A DNA stretch of 55,537 bases from Schmidtea nova. Lineage: Eukaryota. The notes beneath the pieces were generated by a model. It was not told the DNA's origin. It made no database searches and saw nothing but the letters and a program-made list of their open reading frames with translations. Below, in pieces: positions 38,583 to 50,498 of this stretch. How positions within the stretch are numbered: the stretch's first letter is position 1; each line of letters starts with the position of its first letter. Location: positions 111,918,464 through 111,974,000 of the forward strand of contig CM097883.1 of assembly GCA_044892505.1 (NCBI GenBank), given 5' to 3'. Position numbers and translations under genes: made by a program.

Positions 38583-38612
38583 GAATTTTCAGCACAGCTA
38601 TTTTTAAGTGTG
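38583..38612 (-). repeat. Degenerate hammerhead-repeat copy
   Basis: Minus strand CACAC-TTAAAAT-AGC-TGT-GCT-GAAA-ATTC-GT; helix II pairing is retained (AGC/GCT) but the core has decayed. Confidence 0.5.
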
Positions 38613-39699
38613 AATATTCGAAAAGAATTTATTTAGTTTTTATAAAAAACGATGAATATTTCTGAAATAGAAAAGAAAATATCAAAGGTGAAATTAAGAT
38701 ATGTTAATGAGAACAGGTTCTTCTGGATTTTCATCATCATTCACAGTAGATATCCCAACCTTCTCACTACTCAGTGAAATGTGTTCATCAATATCCATAT
38801 TGAGTCAAGAGCAAAGAATTCATCAAATGTCATATGAGGTTGAACTGGTTTATACGTGACGATGTTAAAAGGTCCGTAGACTCATATTTAGATACAAGAT
38901 ATGAACTTGAGATTTTTTGTCTGAAATAACCTTATTGAGTTGGTTTTTAGGCAAAAATATTTTGCAACGTAAATATTATTATTTTTGATGCACTTTTTCC
39001 ATCGAAAATTCATGACTGAAAAGACTTTTCGTAACTAATTTGTTTTTCTGAACGAATTTGGCACAGAAGTCTTCAGTTCATCGGTGTCAGTTATAAGCTT
39101 TTCTTTCAAAAGTTTTTTTTGAGATGACTAAACAAGGAAATGTTACATGGATCCAAATCAGGACTGTATTGTTGGTGCTGCAGTTCAACAAAGCCAGCTT
39201 CCTGAATTGAGTACAGTGCCACAGAACCTTTTTGAGTGTGGGCAAAAGAAACAATGTTTGTTAATGGGGCTTTCTTCTTTTCTTTCTTGTAGTTTTAATA
39301 ACATCAGCTTATTACTTTTCGTTCAATTTCATACCTTTGTCGGTGAATTCTTTATTGATAATAACAAATGAATCTAAGATAATTGTCATCATAAGTGTTC
39401 GTCGGTAAGATGTTTTAATCCTCAATTTTTTTAAACTTGACTCCCTAGGGAACTTTCATTCTTCATATGATCGTCTGTTACCAGGAATATAAAAAAACAA
39501 TGGCGTTCCATCTTCAGTCACAATATTGTCTAGCTTTTGGTTACCAATTTCAGCAAACAGTTGAAGGTTATCAGTGCAACATTGAAAATGTCCTTCACAC
39601 TTTTCTGAGTTGAGAAAGTTGTAAATGGCCTGAAACTTAATTTTCCTCGTGTTATTAAAAGTGTCATAACTAAATTTTAATTCCTTAGTCAATTGTTAT

Positions 39700-40330
39700 T
39701 GCGTTAATTTTAATATTTAAGACCAATTTCTTCAATCTCACTAATTTTCATCAGCAATCTTTGCAAGCCTTCATGATCTTGCGGTCTTAATAATGAAACT
39801 TAAATGACTGAATTATTCCAAATTATACATTTGATGGCGATTTGTAGGGCAGGATGGAAGAAAGTGGACAGTAATATTTCTTAAATCAGGTGGATGGATA
39901 TAGCTTTGGGTATTGTCTAGAATGAGGAGATTTTCCGATTTTATCTTCTCATTTCACCATTGGTGGTTTGAAGTCAGCGTTGAAAGAATGATCCTATCAT
40001 TCACGCCATTACATTGTTTGCATAATCCGCATGAATTTCTGGATGAAAGTGGTAAAATGAGCATGCATTTTTGGATTTGAAAATGAGAAGGAGTTTTAGC
40101 TTGTCATTTCCTGTTAGTGCACAAAACAACAGTCACTTGATATTTCTTTTTTTTCTTGTTTTTCTCTTCTGATTTGTGAATTTGAAGGGAGACACAATTC
40201 TTTTTCAAAATTTAGTCAAATTGTAACATTTTTATGGCGGGTAGAAAATAGCATTCAAAAGATTTTGTCAGTCTTAGAAACCAAACCGTCTTCTCAATCT
40301 TTGCGATCCATTTCCTTATCTGCCGCAGAC
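39700..40330 (-). mobile_element. pogo/Tigger-type DDE_1 transposase remnant
   Basis: Stop- and frameshift-ridden translation: VTVVLCTN.GNDKLKLLLIFKSKN, YANNVMAW, RKI.LILDN, NITVHFLP, IIQSFKFHY. A possible acidic C-terminal piece (TFDEFFALDS..DDENPEEP) lies at about 38710-38850. Confidence 0.75.
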
Positions 40331-41837
40331 ATTCACTTTATCTTGTTTGCTTAAATGTCTCCAACCATCTTCCTAGGCTCTTTGACGTTTTGTATAGTAA
40401 CTGCTTTTCTGTAGATGACAGTCCCGTTATTTTTCTCTTCACCTCTGATTCATAAAACATTATGGCTGTAGAAACCGTTTTCAAGTTAACTAGGTATGAA
40501 AAAGGCAAAGGAGAATGGGTGAAAATGAAAATGAAAACAACCGACATTTGATTTGTATGGGGTGATTCGCTGGTTAAGGGTACATTCAATACTGACTACA
40601 CAATTCGGTATTGGTCTTTGACGTATAACAGAAAAATCAACATTGTATTATGAGTCACTTATATTATTTATTTGCTATAAAATGTGGTGGCAGTGACATC
40701 TGTCATGCTTGTAATGAATGGCGAATTGTGGGATACAAGGGACAATTCAAATATCCCTATTCATTTCAATGGAGACTAAGTGTTTTCCTAATTCTTTTGC
40801 AGAAAATCGAGTTACATACATACACACACACATATATATATATATATCGAAAATATATATTTACTTTCGTTAGGTGAAGAAATGTTTGTTGTATTGTAGA
40901 TGTAAAATTATATAGTTTTAATGACAGTTAATTCATGTTATAACACGCGTCTGGAGGATAGGACAATGATTGAATAGTTTTAAACAAATAATTTGTATTT
41001 TTTAATTAAAAGTTGTAATTGAGAATAATTGTGGCTGGATGTTGTTTAGTCTCTACACACACACACAAAATCCAACAACTAGCCCTGGATTTCCGTTATA
41101 AAAATATAGGTGCTATATTTATGGAACATTAGTTAATGTAAACTGATAAATAAGCATTTATTTTTTGTTATCAAACTAGTTCACGTAAAATCGGTTTCAG
41201 TTAATTTTGGTCATTGCTTTTATTTTGTTTATTATATCTCATTAATTTGAATTTTCAATTAATCCTTTCATTCTTGGAACCATGCTACTAATTGATAAAT
41301 GTCTATTTATCAGATGTCTACTTGATTTTATATTAGACATTATCTCCCTAATCAAATGACAATTTCAACATTTCATTTCTTTCTGTTTCACATCTCCCTG
41401 CGATAAGTCTAATTAAACAATTAGAGAATTGTCGTGGCTTGATAATATATATCAAAATTCTATTAGGATCTGGGTGAAATTTATCAAGATGCGTTGATAA
41501 TTTTTTATTTTATGTTTTGATTTCAAAAAAAATGTTTTTTGAAAAATTACCGAAATTTTAATAATTAGTCTATTTTTCAAAATGTTTATTTTCTTTTTTG
41601 ATACATTTTTTGTTAATTATACTTAGTAGCTTATTATGTCAAAATAGTAATAATTAATCTTTAAAAGTACAGGATTTATATCAAATGGAATATTTAATGT
41701 TGTATGATTAGAAAATGTATTGATTAGAAACATATTGGAATCATTTTAGATGGAATTTACGGAACAAAATTCATCGATATTTATTTTTATTAATTGCAAA
41801 GATTTAGTTAATGAAAAACGTCATTTATATAACATCC

Positions 41838-41880
41838 GTACTATATATATTTCGTCAGATTACTTTCCATCTTCAGGTAT
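41838..41880 (-). ncRNA. Minimal type I hammerhead-like motif with canonical core, downstream of the Penelope ORF
   Basis: ATAC-CTGAAGA-T-G..(13 nt)..C-GAAA-TATATA-TA^GTAC. Helix I is 3 bp, helix III is a palindromic (AT)n, and helix II is poorly paired in this copy. Confidence 0.55.
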
Positions 41881-42111
41881 TCCGAAAAAACCTATGTTAA
41901 ATACAATCTCTTGAAACAAATTGCAAAATATAATTAGATAAAGTTTTATCAAAAATCAATCTAAATATTTATTTAAAAATGATTAACAACATTATAATTA
42001 TTAATTAATTTTTAAAATATTTTTTAAAAAATTTATTTATTTAATTTTAACAAAACCAATTTCATCATTCAATTTAATTAGTACAATAACACATCCATGA
42101 CAGCATCCTAA

Positions 42112-42670
42112 CTATTTTAAAACATTCGAAATACACGTGTTCACTGCATTCTGCACATTAATTTTTGGATTCAAAGATCTTATCAACAAAGCTTCCCATA
42201 TAATGCGTTCATAATGATTATTGAGATTTTTAATAAAATAAAAAAATCAGACATGTCAATCAATAAAGACTGTAACAGAATGTTCAGTAATATTAGACAC
42301 TCCCCTCTGTTGGCCATGTTCAAGAACTCGAGTACAGAGATAACGGACAGTCTCTCCAATGTTGGTGGCATTATACCTATTATATGTAAATTGATAGACG
42401 AGATCTGTATACAATCCAATTTAAGTTTGCGACTTATTAACAAACACATTACTCACTTTACACGAATTGGAAGCAATCCAAAAGTTTAAACCGCTCAATT
42501 GCTTACCTATCTTCCTTCTATAATCTTTAATATCCTCCTTATGTGGTAATACCATCAGGAATTTAGGCTTTTTTTGTTTGATAGATCCAATACTGCCATT
42601 TACTATATCATCCAAATTATCAGCTATATTACATTCGTGCTTACAAGGATCCTTCAGATTATTGATACAA
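42112..42670 (-). mobile_element. Penelope-like element remnant: thumb, linker and GIY-YIG endonuclease
   Basis: KPKFLMVLPH..LNFWIA.., DLVYQFTYNRYNATNIGETVRYLCTRVLEH, ..ERIIWEALLIRSLNPKINVQ; stop at 42112-42114; runs into a gap. Confidence 0.85.
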
Positions 42671-43289
42671 NNNNNNNNNNNNNNNNNNNNNNNNNNNNNN
42701 NNNNNNNNNNNNNNNNNNNNNNNNNNNNNNNNNNNNNNNNNNNNNNNNNNNNNNNNNNNNNNNNNNNNNNNNNNNNNNNNNNNNNNNNNNNNNNNNNNNN
42801 NNNNNNNNNNNNNNNNNNNNNNNNNNNNNNNNNNNNNNNNNNNNNNNNNNNNNNNNNNNNNNNNNNNNNNNNNNNNNNNNNNNNNNNNNNNNNNNNNNNN
42901 NNNNNNNNNNNNNNNNNNNNNNNNNNNNNNNNNNNNNNNNNNNNNNNNNNNNNNNNNNNNNNNNNNNNNNNNNNNNNNNNNNNNNNNNNNNNNNNNNNNN
43001 NNNNNNNNNNNNNNNNNNNNNNNNNNNNNNNNNNNNNNNNNNNNNNNNNNNNNNNCAGTTCCACGATTTTGACATTTTTTACAAAATAAATTAATAAATA
43101 AGTAACAAAATAAGTCTAAGGTGCAAAAACAATTTTATCACTTAATAAAATTGTTTTTGCTGCAAAGGCTTATTTTGTTACATATTAATTTATTTATTTA
43201 ATACTTAATGCTGCGACCAATGAATCACCATTTTATACTTTTATAGAATGTTTGAAAGTAGAAGATAATCACCATGATCGATAAATCAA

Positions 43290-43560
43290 TCCTCTTACCA
43301 TATTTATCTTATATTTAAACTCACAAAACTTTTCTGGAGAAGTATAAAGATCATTATCAGTTGGTTTTCTATAAATCTCTGTCGTAAATAAATCTATCAT
43401 CGTTCCCTTTTATTACCAGATTTGAAAACGTTATTGAGGATTCATTCTCGGTTCCACGCGTGAACACGGTGTTTTTATGTAAACCATTCATATAATTAAA
43501 AAATTGCTGCACATGATCTTGATTTTTAAATATAAGAAAAATATCATTCACATATCTTTT
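43290..43560 (-). mobile_element. Penelope-like RT palm remnant, probably the same element as 42112-42670
   Basis: NDIFLIFKNQDHVQQFFNYMNGLHKNTVFTRGTENESSITF resembles the PLE 'DD.F....H...F...LN..H.NI.FT.E.E....L.FLD' region. Confidence 0.8.
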
Positions 43561-44140
43561 ATATACAATTGGTTTTTCAAATTGTAAAGAAGTAATTTTT
43601 TTAAAAGTATTTAAAAAATTTATTAATCATTTTAAAATTAAATTCTAGACTGATTTTTAATAAATTTAAATTATATTTAAAATTTAAAACTTTATCTAAT
43701 TATATTTTATAATATGTTTCAATAAATTGGATTTAACTTAGATTTTTTTCTGGATACCTTAAGATGGTAGTGAGACTGTTGAAATATATAATACGAACGT
43801 TATATAGATGGGGTTTTTCATTAATTTATATTTATGTTAGTTGTTCATTTCAATTTCTTATATTAATACAGTTTTCTAAATGGAATTTTGTTTTCATATT
43901 TAATTCTTTCAAAGTCTTCTTATGACAATGAGACTATGATAATATAATAAGTCTTCCAATATGACGTATAGTAGTCATTACATGTCCATAACTTCCAGGA
44001 GCATTCAACATAAATTTTAATTTGTAAAATACAATTTTAATGTGAAAACACTGATGAAATTTTTTTAAAGCTTTTATCATGCTTAATTTTATGTTTTCAT
44101 TTGGTTTTTGTCAATTTATGCTTTCGCAAATAATAATAAT

Positions 44141-44250
44141 GCACACTTGATAAAGGCTGTGCCAAAATATTGTGTCCTTGTTAAAAATGTTTTTGATCTA
44201 TAGTAATACAATTATGGAAATTATTGATATAAATAGAGATCAAAGATGAA
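44141..44250 (+). ncRNA. Hammerhead-repeat copy with G12-to-A change, plus leader running into a gap
   Basis: GCACAC-TTGATAA-A-GGC-TGT-GCC-AAAA-TA-TT^GTGT (44141-44175), then TTTTGATCTATAG..AGATCAAAG. Confidence 0.6.
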
Positions 44251-46039
44251 NNNNNNNNNNNNNNNNNNNNNNNNNNNNNNNNNNNNNNNNNNNNNNNNNN
44301 NNNNNNNNNNNNNNNNNNNNNNNNNNNNNNNNNNNNNNNNNNNNNNNNNNNNNNNNNNNNNNNNNNNNNNNNNNNNNNNNNNNNNNNNNNNNNNNNNNNN
44401 NNNNNNNNNNNNNNNNNNNNNNNNNNNNNNNNNNNNNNNNNNNNNNNNNNNNNNNNNNNNNNNNNNNNNNNNNNNNNNNNNNNNNNNNNNNNNNNNNNNN
44501 NNNNNNNNNNNNNNNNNNNNNNNNNNNNNNNNNNNNNNNNNNNNNNNNNNNNNNNNNNNNNNNNNNNNNNNNNNNNNNNNNNNNNNNNNNNNNNNNNNNN
44601 NNNNNNNNNNNNNNNNNNNNNNNNNNNNNNNNNNNNNNNNNNNNNNNNNNTAATAAATAATACTATAAGTTTCAAAATTTAGAGAATCACAACTAGTTTC
44701 CTGATATTAAATTAAAAATTTAATTATATAAAAATTGACTAAATATAAATAAGTGATGTATAAATTTTGTGGATAAAATCGTATAATTAATTAATTTTAT
44801 GAATTACAGTGACTGATAGCTATTCACCATACTTTAGTGATATTCTGCCTATTTTCAAAATTAATATTTTTAACAGTAATTTTAAATTTTAACTGACGAT
44901 ATTTGATCAAATTATTGGGGTGATGGCAAGAAAAAAATATAGTTTTCAATAATTTTTAAATGTAATACAAAACAAATATTTTACCCAATCTGATATTAAA
45001 ATAATAAGTATAAAACGAAACCACTTTTTCTGTCAAAAATCTATTTAATTGAAAAATTCCTTAAAATAAAATAAAATTTAAGACATGAATAGTAAATTAT
45101 TTTTATGGAAAAATCAGCATTATTCAAATTACACTGACAGCCGGAAAAGAGTTGCTTATCAATGACGCAACCGATTGGAGCCAAGCCACTATAAAAAGAA
45201 TTGTAAAAGATTTATATTACCTAAAATCGTCACAGAAAAAATTGATATTTCTGAAGTTTTTCATATGATAACGGAATTATTGAAGTAACAAAATATACTG
45301 CAATTTTATTTATTGAATAATAATTCACCCCGGTCTATCAAAAGAATTTTCACTACGAAATATTTTTCTAAATAAATATTTAGACTAAAACGATTCAGAA
45401 ACTGAGTCATGGGATTTATTTCCCAGGGCTTATAAATGATATTTTAATATAGAGAACACAAGAAGGTAATAGTATTCTATAATTGTAGACAAATGGGGAC
45501 AACAATCTCTAGGAATGTGTTTCATGTCATGTTGTATTAGGCACAAATGATTGCTTTGAGGAATGCCATACAATGATCAAATTTTGATTGAAGTTTTATG
45601 ACTTTTTGATAATAGATTAATTAAATAAAAGTTTAAAAAATAATTTCCCTAAATATACCCCTTTCAAATTGATAATAACATATCAATAAGTTATCATTCA
45701 GGTTTAATATTTATAAACATATCTTTAGTGATATCGAAGTTTTGTATTTTATATTGGTCTTCGACATCCTTACGTCATCCTTGACAATTAATTTTCTCTA
45801 ATTTTGCATTTTTATATAAATCATTGAAGGTTTTCCAAACATGTTCAACGATAATCAAATCATGACTCCTAGGTGATCATAGTTAGAATCAAACATAAAT
45901 TCTTTTATAAATTACGTACTAAGGCTAAATTTCCTTATACTTAAATAGAAATAATAAAGTAAGTGGAACCAAAGGCATTATTATCAATAAGACAGATATG
46001 TAAGATTAATTTCTCAACATAACTTCCACTAACACTGAT

Positions 46040-46340
46040 GCACTATCTCCAACAGTAAAACGCTGATTTGAAAGCCATTTTGATAATTTCTTGTCCTTTC
46101 TACGCAAGATATTTATCCACATTATCATTCAAATCATGCTTTTATTCAAATATTTTACCTCTCAGATGATTGAATAACAATAAATCACTAGGTACAAGAT
46201 CTGGACTCTATGGTGGAAGGTCCAACTGCACAAACCACATTTTCCTACTGATTGTTGTGTTCGATAAGATGTGTGGATTGGAGCGTTGTCATGAAAGTAA
46301 ATAAGGGTCCTGGTTTTGTGGCTTGCACTGTATTGTAAAT
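46040..46340 (-). mobile_element. mariner (DD34D-type) transposase C-terminal remnant
   Basis: HDNAPIH..LPP*SPDLVPSD.LLFNHL with one frameshift. Confidence 0.75.
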
Positions 46341-47059
46341 AGACTCAGTTTTATTTATGAAAAGTGAGAAATGACATTCCTTAGAATCTCATCATAGCTT
46401 CCTATTTGTCTTTATTTTGTCATTATTCATTTGAATGTAAATATCGCCAAATATGGAGTACGAATTATAACAGATATTCACAACAATTATCTCGCTAATT
46501 GTTTAAATATTATTTTTTATTTTCTAATTCATTTGCGGACATCTTCAGGACCACAAAAATGTTACTAATCATTAAAATGGACCTTCTTGAAGCTCACTTT
46601 GTCAAAGATACAATTAGAAACCCATCCAAACTTGATTAGTTTATTTGCACCCGGTAAATTTATTTTCACGGATAATTACGAGGCATTTAGATATTTCCAA
46701 ATGTCTCCTACATGTGAGACTTAGGAAATTTTAGTTTTAGGAATTGATACTCTTTCTTCAGTGGTTTTAAAATTTATAATAAATTCTTTTTGAATTTTCA
46801 TTTTTTGTTTCGTAATTCGATGTGTATTTTGTGTCTTTTATGGGTTTAGGATTCAAAATAAACTGAATACTCAATCTAGGAAATTTTGAAGCCATATTTC
46901 TCTTTTGTCCTTTGGTGAGCACGTAGAAGTAAATGTCCTCGGACAATATCCCATCGTATGATTATCCCCCCTGACAATAATGTTAAAATCAAAATCTTTT
47001 AGATTAAAATGTAATACATATTTTTGGAACAGGAATATCAAACACTCATGCAAAAGGAG

Positions 47060-47880
47060 TTATTCCATTATCTATTCTAGTTTTACCCGATCATCACAAA
47101 ACAGCAACCGACAGTGAGAGTTGTCTTTTGTTTGATCTCGGTCCAACATCGACTAGAATTTTAATCTTTGGAACACAAGAAAATACGGATCTTTTACAAC
47201 AATCTTCACACTGGTTCTTTTACGGTGCATTCGAAATAGGATCTTCAATTTTCTTTTGGCTTTATAAGATATATGTGCTCGTCAATGGGCGTACAATTCC
47301 ATTTGTGTGCTCTACTACCAAACAAGTTTAAAGTGACATAGAAATAGTTACTTAATCAGTTGATATAAGTTAATGGAAACTTGATATCGGTTTCGATTAT
47401 GGCTGATTTTGAGCAAACCCTGATATAGAAAATGCACTAAGTTCTACTCAAAACTGGAATCAAAGATTATTTCTTTCACTTAAGCCAAAATATCGATAAA
47501 AAAATTCAGAAGCATGGTTTTTAGCAACGATATAAAGATGACACCGTATTTTCTCTGAAAATGAGGATGATACCTGCTCATGCTTTTATTCCACTACAAT
47601 ATGTGATTATTGACTTCGAAAAGTTATTTGAAGAACTTCCAACTGAAATACAACTTATTGTTCACTACTTCGAAGACACCTACATGGGCAGATTACCATG
47701 TTGAGGGCGTATTCCATCTGTCTTTGAAAAGAACCTGTGGAACATGCATCAATGATCACAAGATGAACTTGAAAGAACAAACAACTCGATTGAAAGATAA
47801 CAAATTCCAACGTTAGTTGTAATCATCCATATATTTGGAGCTTCCTCGACTACATCAGACGTAAACAAGCTGTGTAACAA
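47060..47880 (+). mobile_element. MULE (Mutator-like) transposase remnant
   Basis: CLLFDLG..RILIFGT..SSHWF, IMADFEQ, FHLSQNI..KIQKHG, AFIP, VHYFEDTY, LWNMH, RTNNSIE. Confidence 0.8.
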
Positions 47881-48825
47881 GTCCACTTGATGACACAGGC
47901 TTTGTCTGACCATACGCCTCAACCTGGAAAAAGTCTAATTTGCCTTATTTATTAAAAGGACATGTTTTTATCTATACGGGAGATTGCCTGGTGTGGATTT
48001 TATCCTAGTGAATATTATCTTGATAACAGAAAATATAAATATTATTATTATATTATTATTAATGATATTAATATTAATAATATGATCGTAGTTATCATTG
48101 TTATCATTACCATAATTTAAAATAAATAAATAATAAACCGATATTAGTGATTGGAGATTTGAAACAATATTAAATATTTAGACAAATTAATAAAAAAATA
48201 CAAATTGACCTGATTAATCAAGTAATTAATTTAATCTAAAAATAAAATTAGTATTATGTTAAAAATAAAAATAAAAAATTATGGAGTTATGGAAATTAGT
48301 AAACATTAAAGGTAAATGCACAAAAATTCAAGTGCAACAATAATTAAATAAAAAAGATGACATTTAAAGGAAAAAGTTAAAATATTTTAATTTTGTAAAA
48401 TCCAAAAATCAATATTTTCTTGAGAGATGTGTATGAGATGAGTTGTAGATGATCTGTTAATTGCTTAAATAATTGATTAATTAAAATGTTGTTGACGATA
48501 TTAATCATCTCAGTATGAAAACGATATAGCATAATATGATAGGTGTAAACTGTGAAAACTTGATTAAATTTTCTATACTAGTTAAAAATTAAATTTGTAA
48601 AGAGATTCAAAAGTAGCTTTGTAATATAACTCAAATATTGCCTTTCAGATTTACAAGTGTTTTATATCCAACCAGTTTGTGGCAGTTTTCCTTAGATTAC
48701 TTTCACATGTAAGCAAACCATATCAGTGTGTATTAAAGTGATCAAATAAATAATTGAACTACATTGTGTTTATATCAATAATTTCCATAATAGTATGACT
48801 ATAGATTAAAAGTTTTTTAACAAGT

Positions 48826-48860
48826 ATACAATATTTCGGCACAGCCTTTATCAAGTGTGT
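48826..48860 (-). ncRNA. Most complete minimal hammerhead-like motif of the family (U3-A8 core)
   Basis: Minus strand ACACAC-TTGATAA-A-GGC-TGT-GCC-GAAA-TA-TT^GTAT. All core positions are present and helix I has one mismatch in this copy. The leader continues to about 48785. Confidence 0.7.
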
Positions 48861-49736
48861 AAATTGTGTAAATTTTGAAAATTTAGTTTATTGAAAATAA
48901 AACTTAACTGTGTTTGGTTTTGTTGTTTTGAATAAGGACACGAGGAGTCAGACTTTAACGAAATTTTTGCCTAAGTTATTATAACATTAAAAAATTGCAA
49001 AGTGCAGAATTTTATTTTTCGTTTCGACAACAACCACTAAATTTGGGAATAACTTGGAAATAACTTGCTAAAAGAATAAAAAACAAAATTGTTAATTTAT
49101 TATATATAATATTAAATGAATTAATTAAAGAGGTTCAACAAAATCGGACAGAATTGATCAAAACTTCAGAAGATTGTTATTAAAATTCAATTTGTAAATG
49201 AAATTATTGCAATTTTCATATCGTTTAAAACATGTTTACTGAATAACTGTCATATAATGTTAAGATTAAAATATACTTTTTCATAAATATATAAATTCCC
49301 TCTTGTTTATCTAGATTCATTTTTAGCAAAGATAAACAGAGTTTTTTATTCTTTTATATATTCTTTTGAATATATTTAATATGCAAATATATTCATTCTT
49401 GCAATTGTTTCGTGACCAAATCTAGATTTAATATATTATATATTTTTGCCTTGGTGAAAAAAACTGTATTTTAGATTATAATTCAATTCAGACTTTTTAT
49501 TATATTTTTAAATATTAACTGGAAAGCAAATTTTTTTTAATTTTATTCATTGTTATTCTTGAGCTTCTGAATCCATTTCTGGAGGGGATACGGATTAAAA
49601 TTTCCACGTTTAAACTGATTGAATATGTATCCTTTATTCTTTACCAAACTAAACTCCTATAATTAATATACCATCACTGCTTAAATTATTAAATATTATT
49701 TTAATTTATAAAAATGATCCAAGTTTCTTTTTAAAT

Positions 49737-49845
49737 GCACACTTAACAAAGGCTATGCAGAAATATCGTGTATTTAACAGCTAAAAAAACTTTTAAAAAC
49801 TTTTTGATCTAGTCATAATTATGTAAATTATTGATATAATCAAAA
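49737..49845 (+). repeat. Degenerate hammerhead-repeat copy with leader
   Basis: GCACAC-TTAACAA-A-GGC-TAT-GCA-GAAA-TA-TC^GTGT (G5A and C11.1A changes), then TTTTTGATCTAGTCATAATTATG..ATTATTGATA. Confidence 0.6.
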
Positions 49846-50046
49846 TGTAATAAAATCTTTCATTAATTAAAATGAAATATTTTCTCAAATTTGTGTATGT
49901 TTGAACTGTCCAACGGGTGTATTTATGAAATTTAAGAGCCATTGACTTGAACAATTTTCATTTTATATTTGTTTATTTTAATACTGTGAAATAAATGTTT
50001 TTTTTGTGTCATTAGCAATGAAAGCATCAATCATTTATAATTTTTT

Positions 50047-50353
50047 TTACTTTTTTGTGATAAGTCAGAATATATTTCTTTAATATCCAAATAATTAATA
50101 AGAGTCGAAAATATTTTATTTGTCAATTAATAATAATAGTAGCAATAACAATATAATAATGTAAATTACAATGGTAATTCAAACGCGACATACTTCTCTG
50201 TATTTGAGCTTCAAAAAAATATTATTAAAGAGGAGGGTTGTTTTCAATCATACTGATATTTACAAATATGACAATATTTTAAATTTACAATTGTTCTTAT
50301 TTTAAGTTGTTACCTCTAATTTCTCCAATTTTTGTAAATAAGATGATATGGCT
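50047..50353 (+). repeat. ~310-bp direct repeat copy A (copy B at 54068-54382)
   Basis: Colinear with several substitutions and indels; copy A ends exactly at the LTR boundary. Confidence 0.9.
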
Positions 50354-50498
50354 TGTTGTGTTATTTGTCAAAGACATTGAATAACACGTTTATATAAAAA
50401 GTTTATTTCATATAAAAATTCTTTATTTAAACAAACTAACTGTTTAAATAATATTAATATTGGTAATCAATTTATGTTTATAAATTAATATCCCAACA
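50354..50498 (-). repeat. Complete 145-bp 3' LTR
   Basis: Starts TGTTG directly after the PPT, ends CAACA, and contains AATAAA. Confidence 0.85.

Noticed and set aside
16614-44675. Listed ORFs containing long X runs
   Set aside because: They are artefacts of translating N gaps (16620-16830, 17277-17409, 18739-19090, 27910-28150, 30904-31139, 36579-36740, 42671-43055, 44251-44650).
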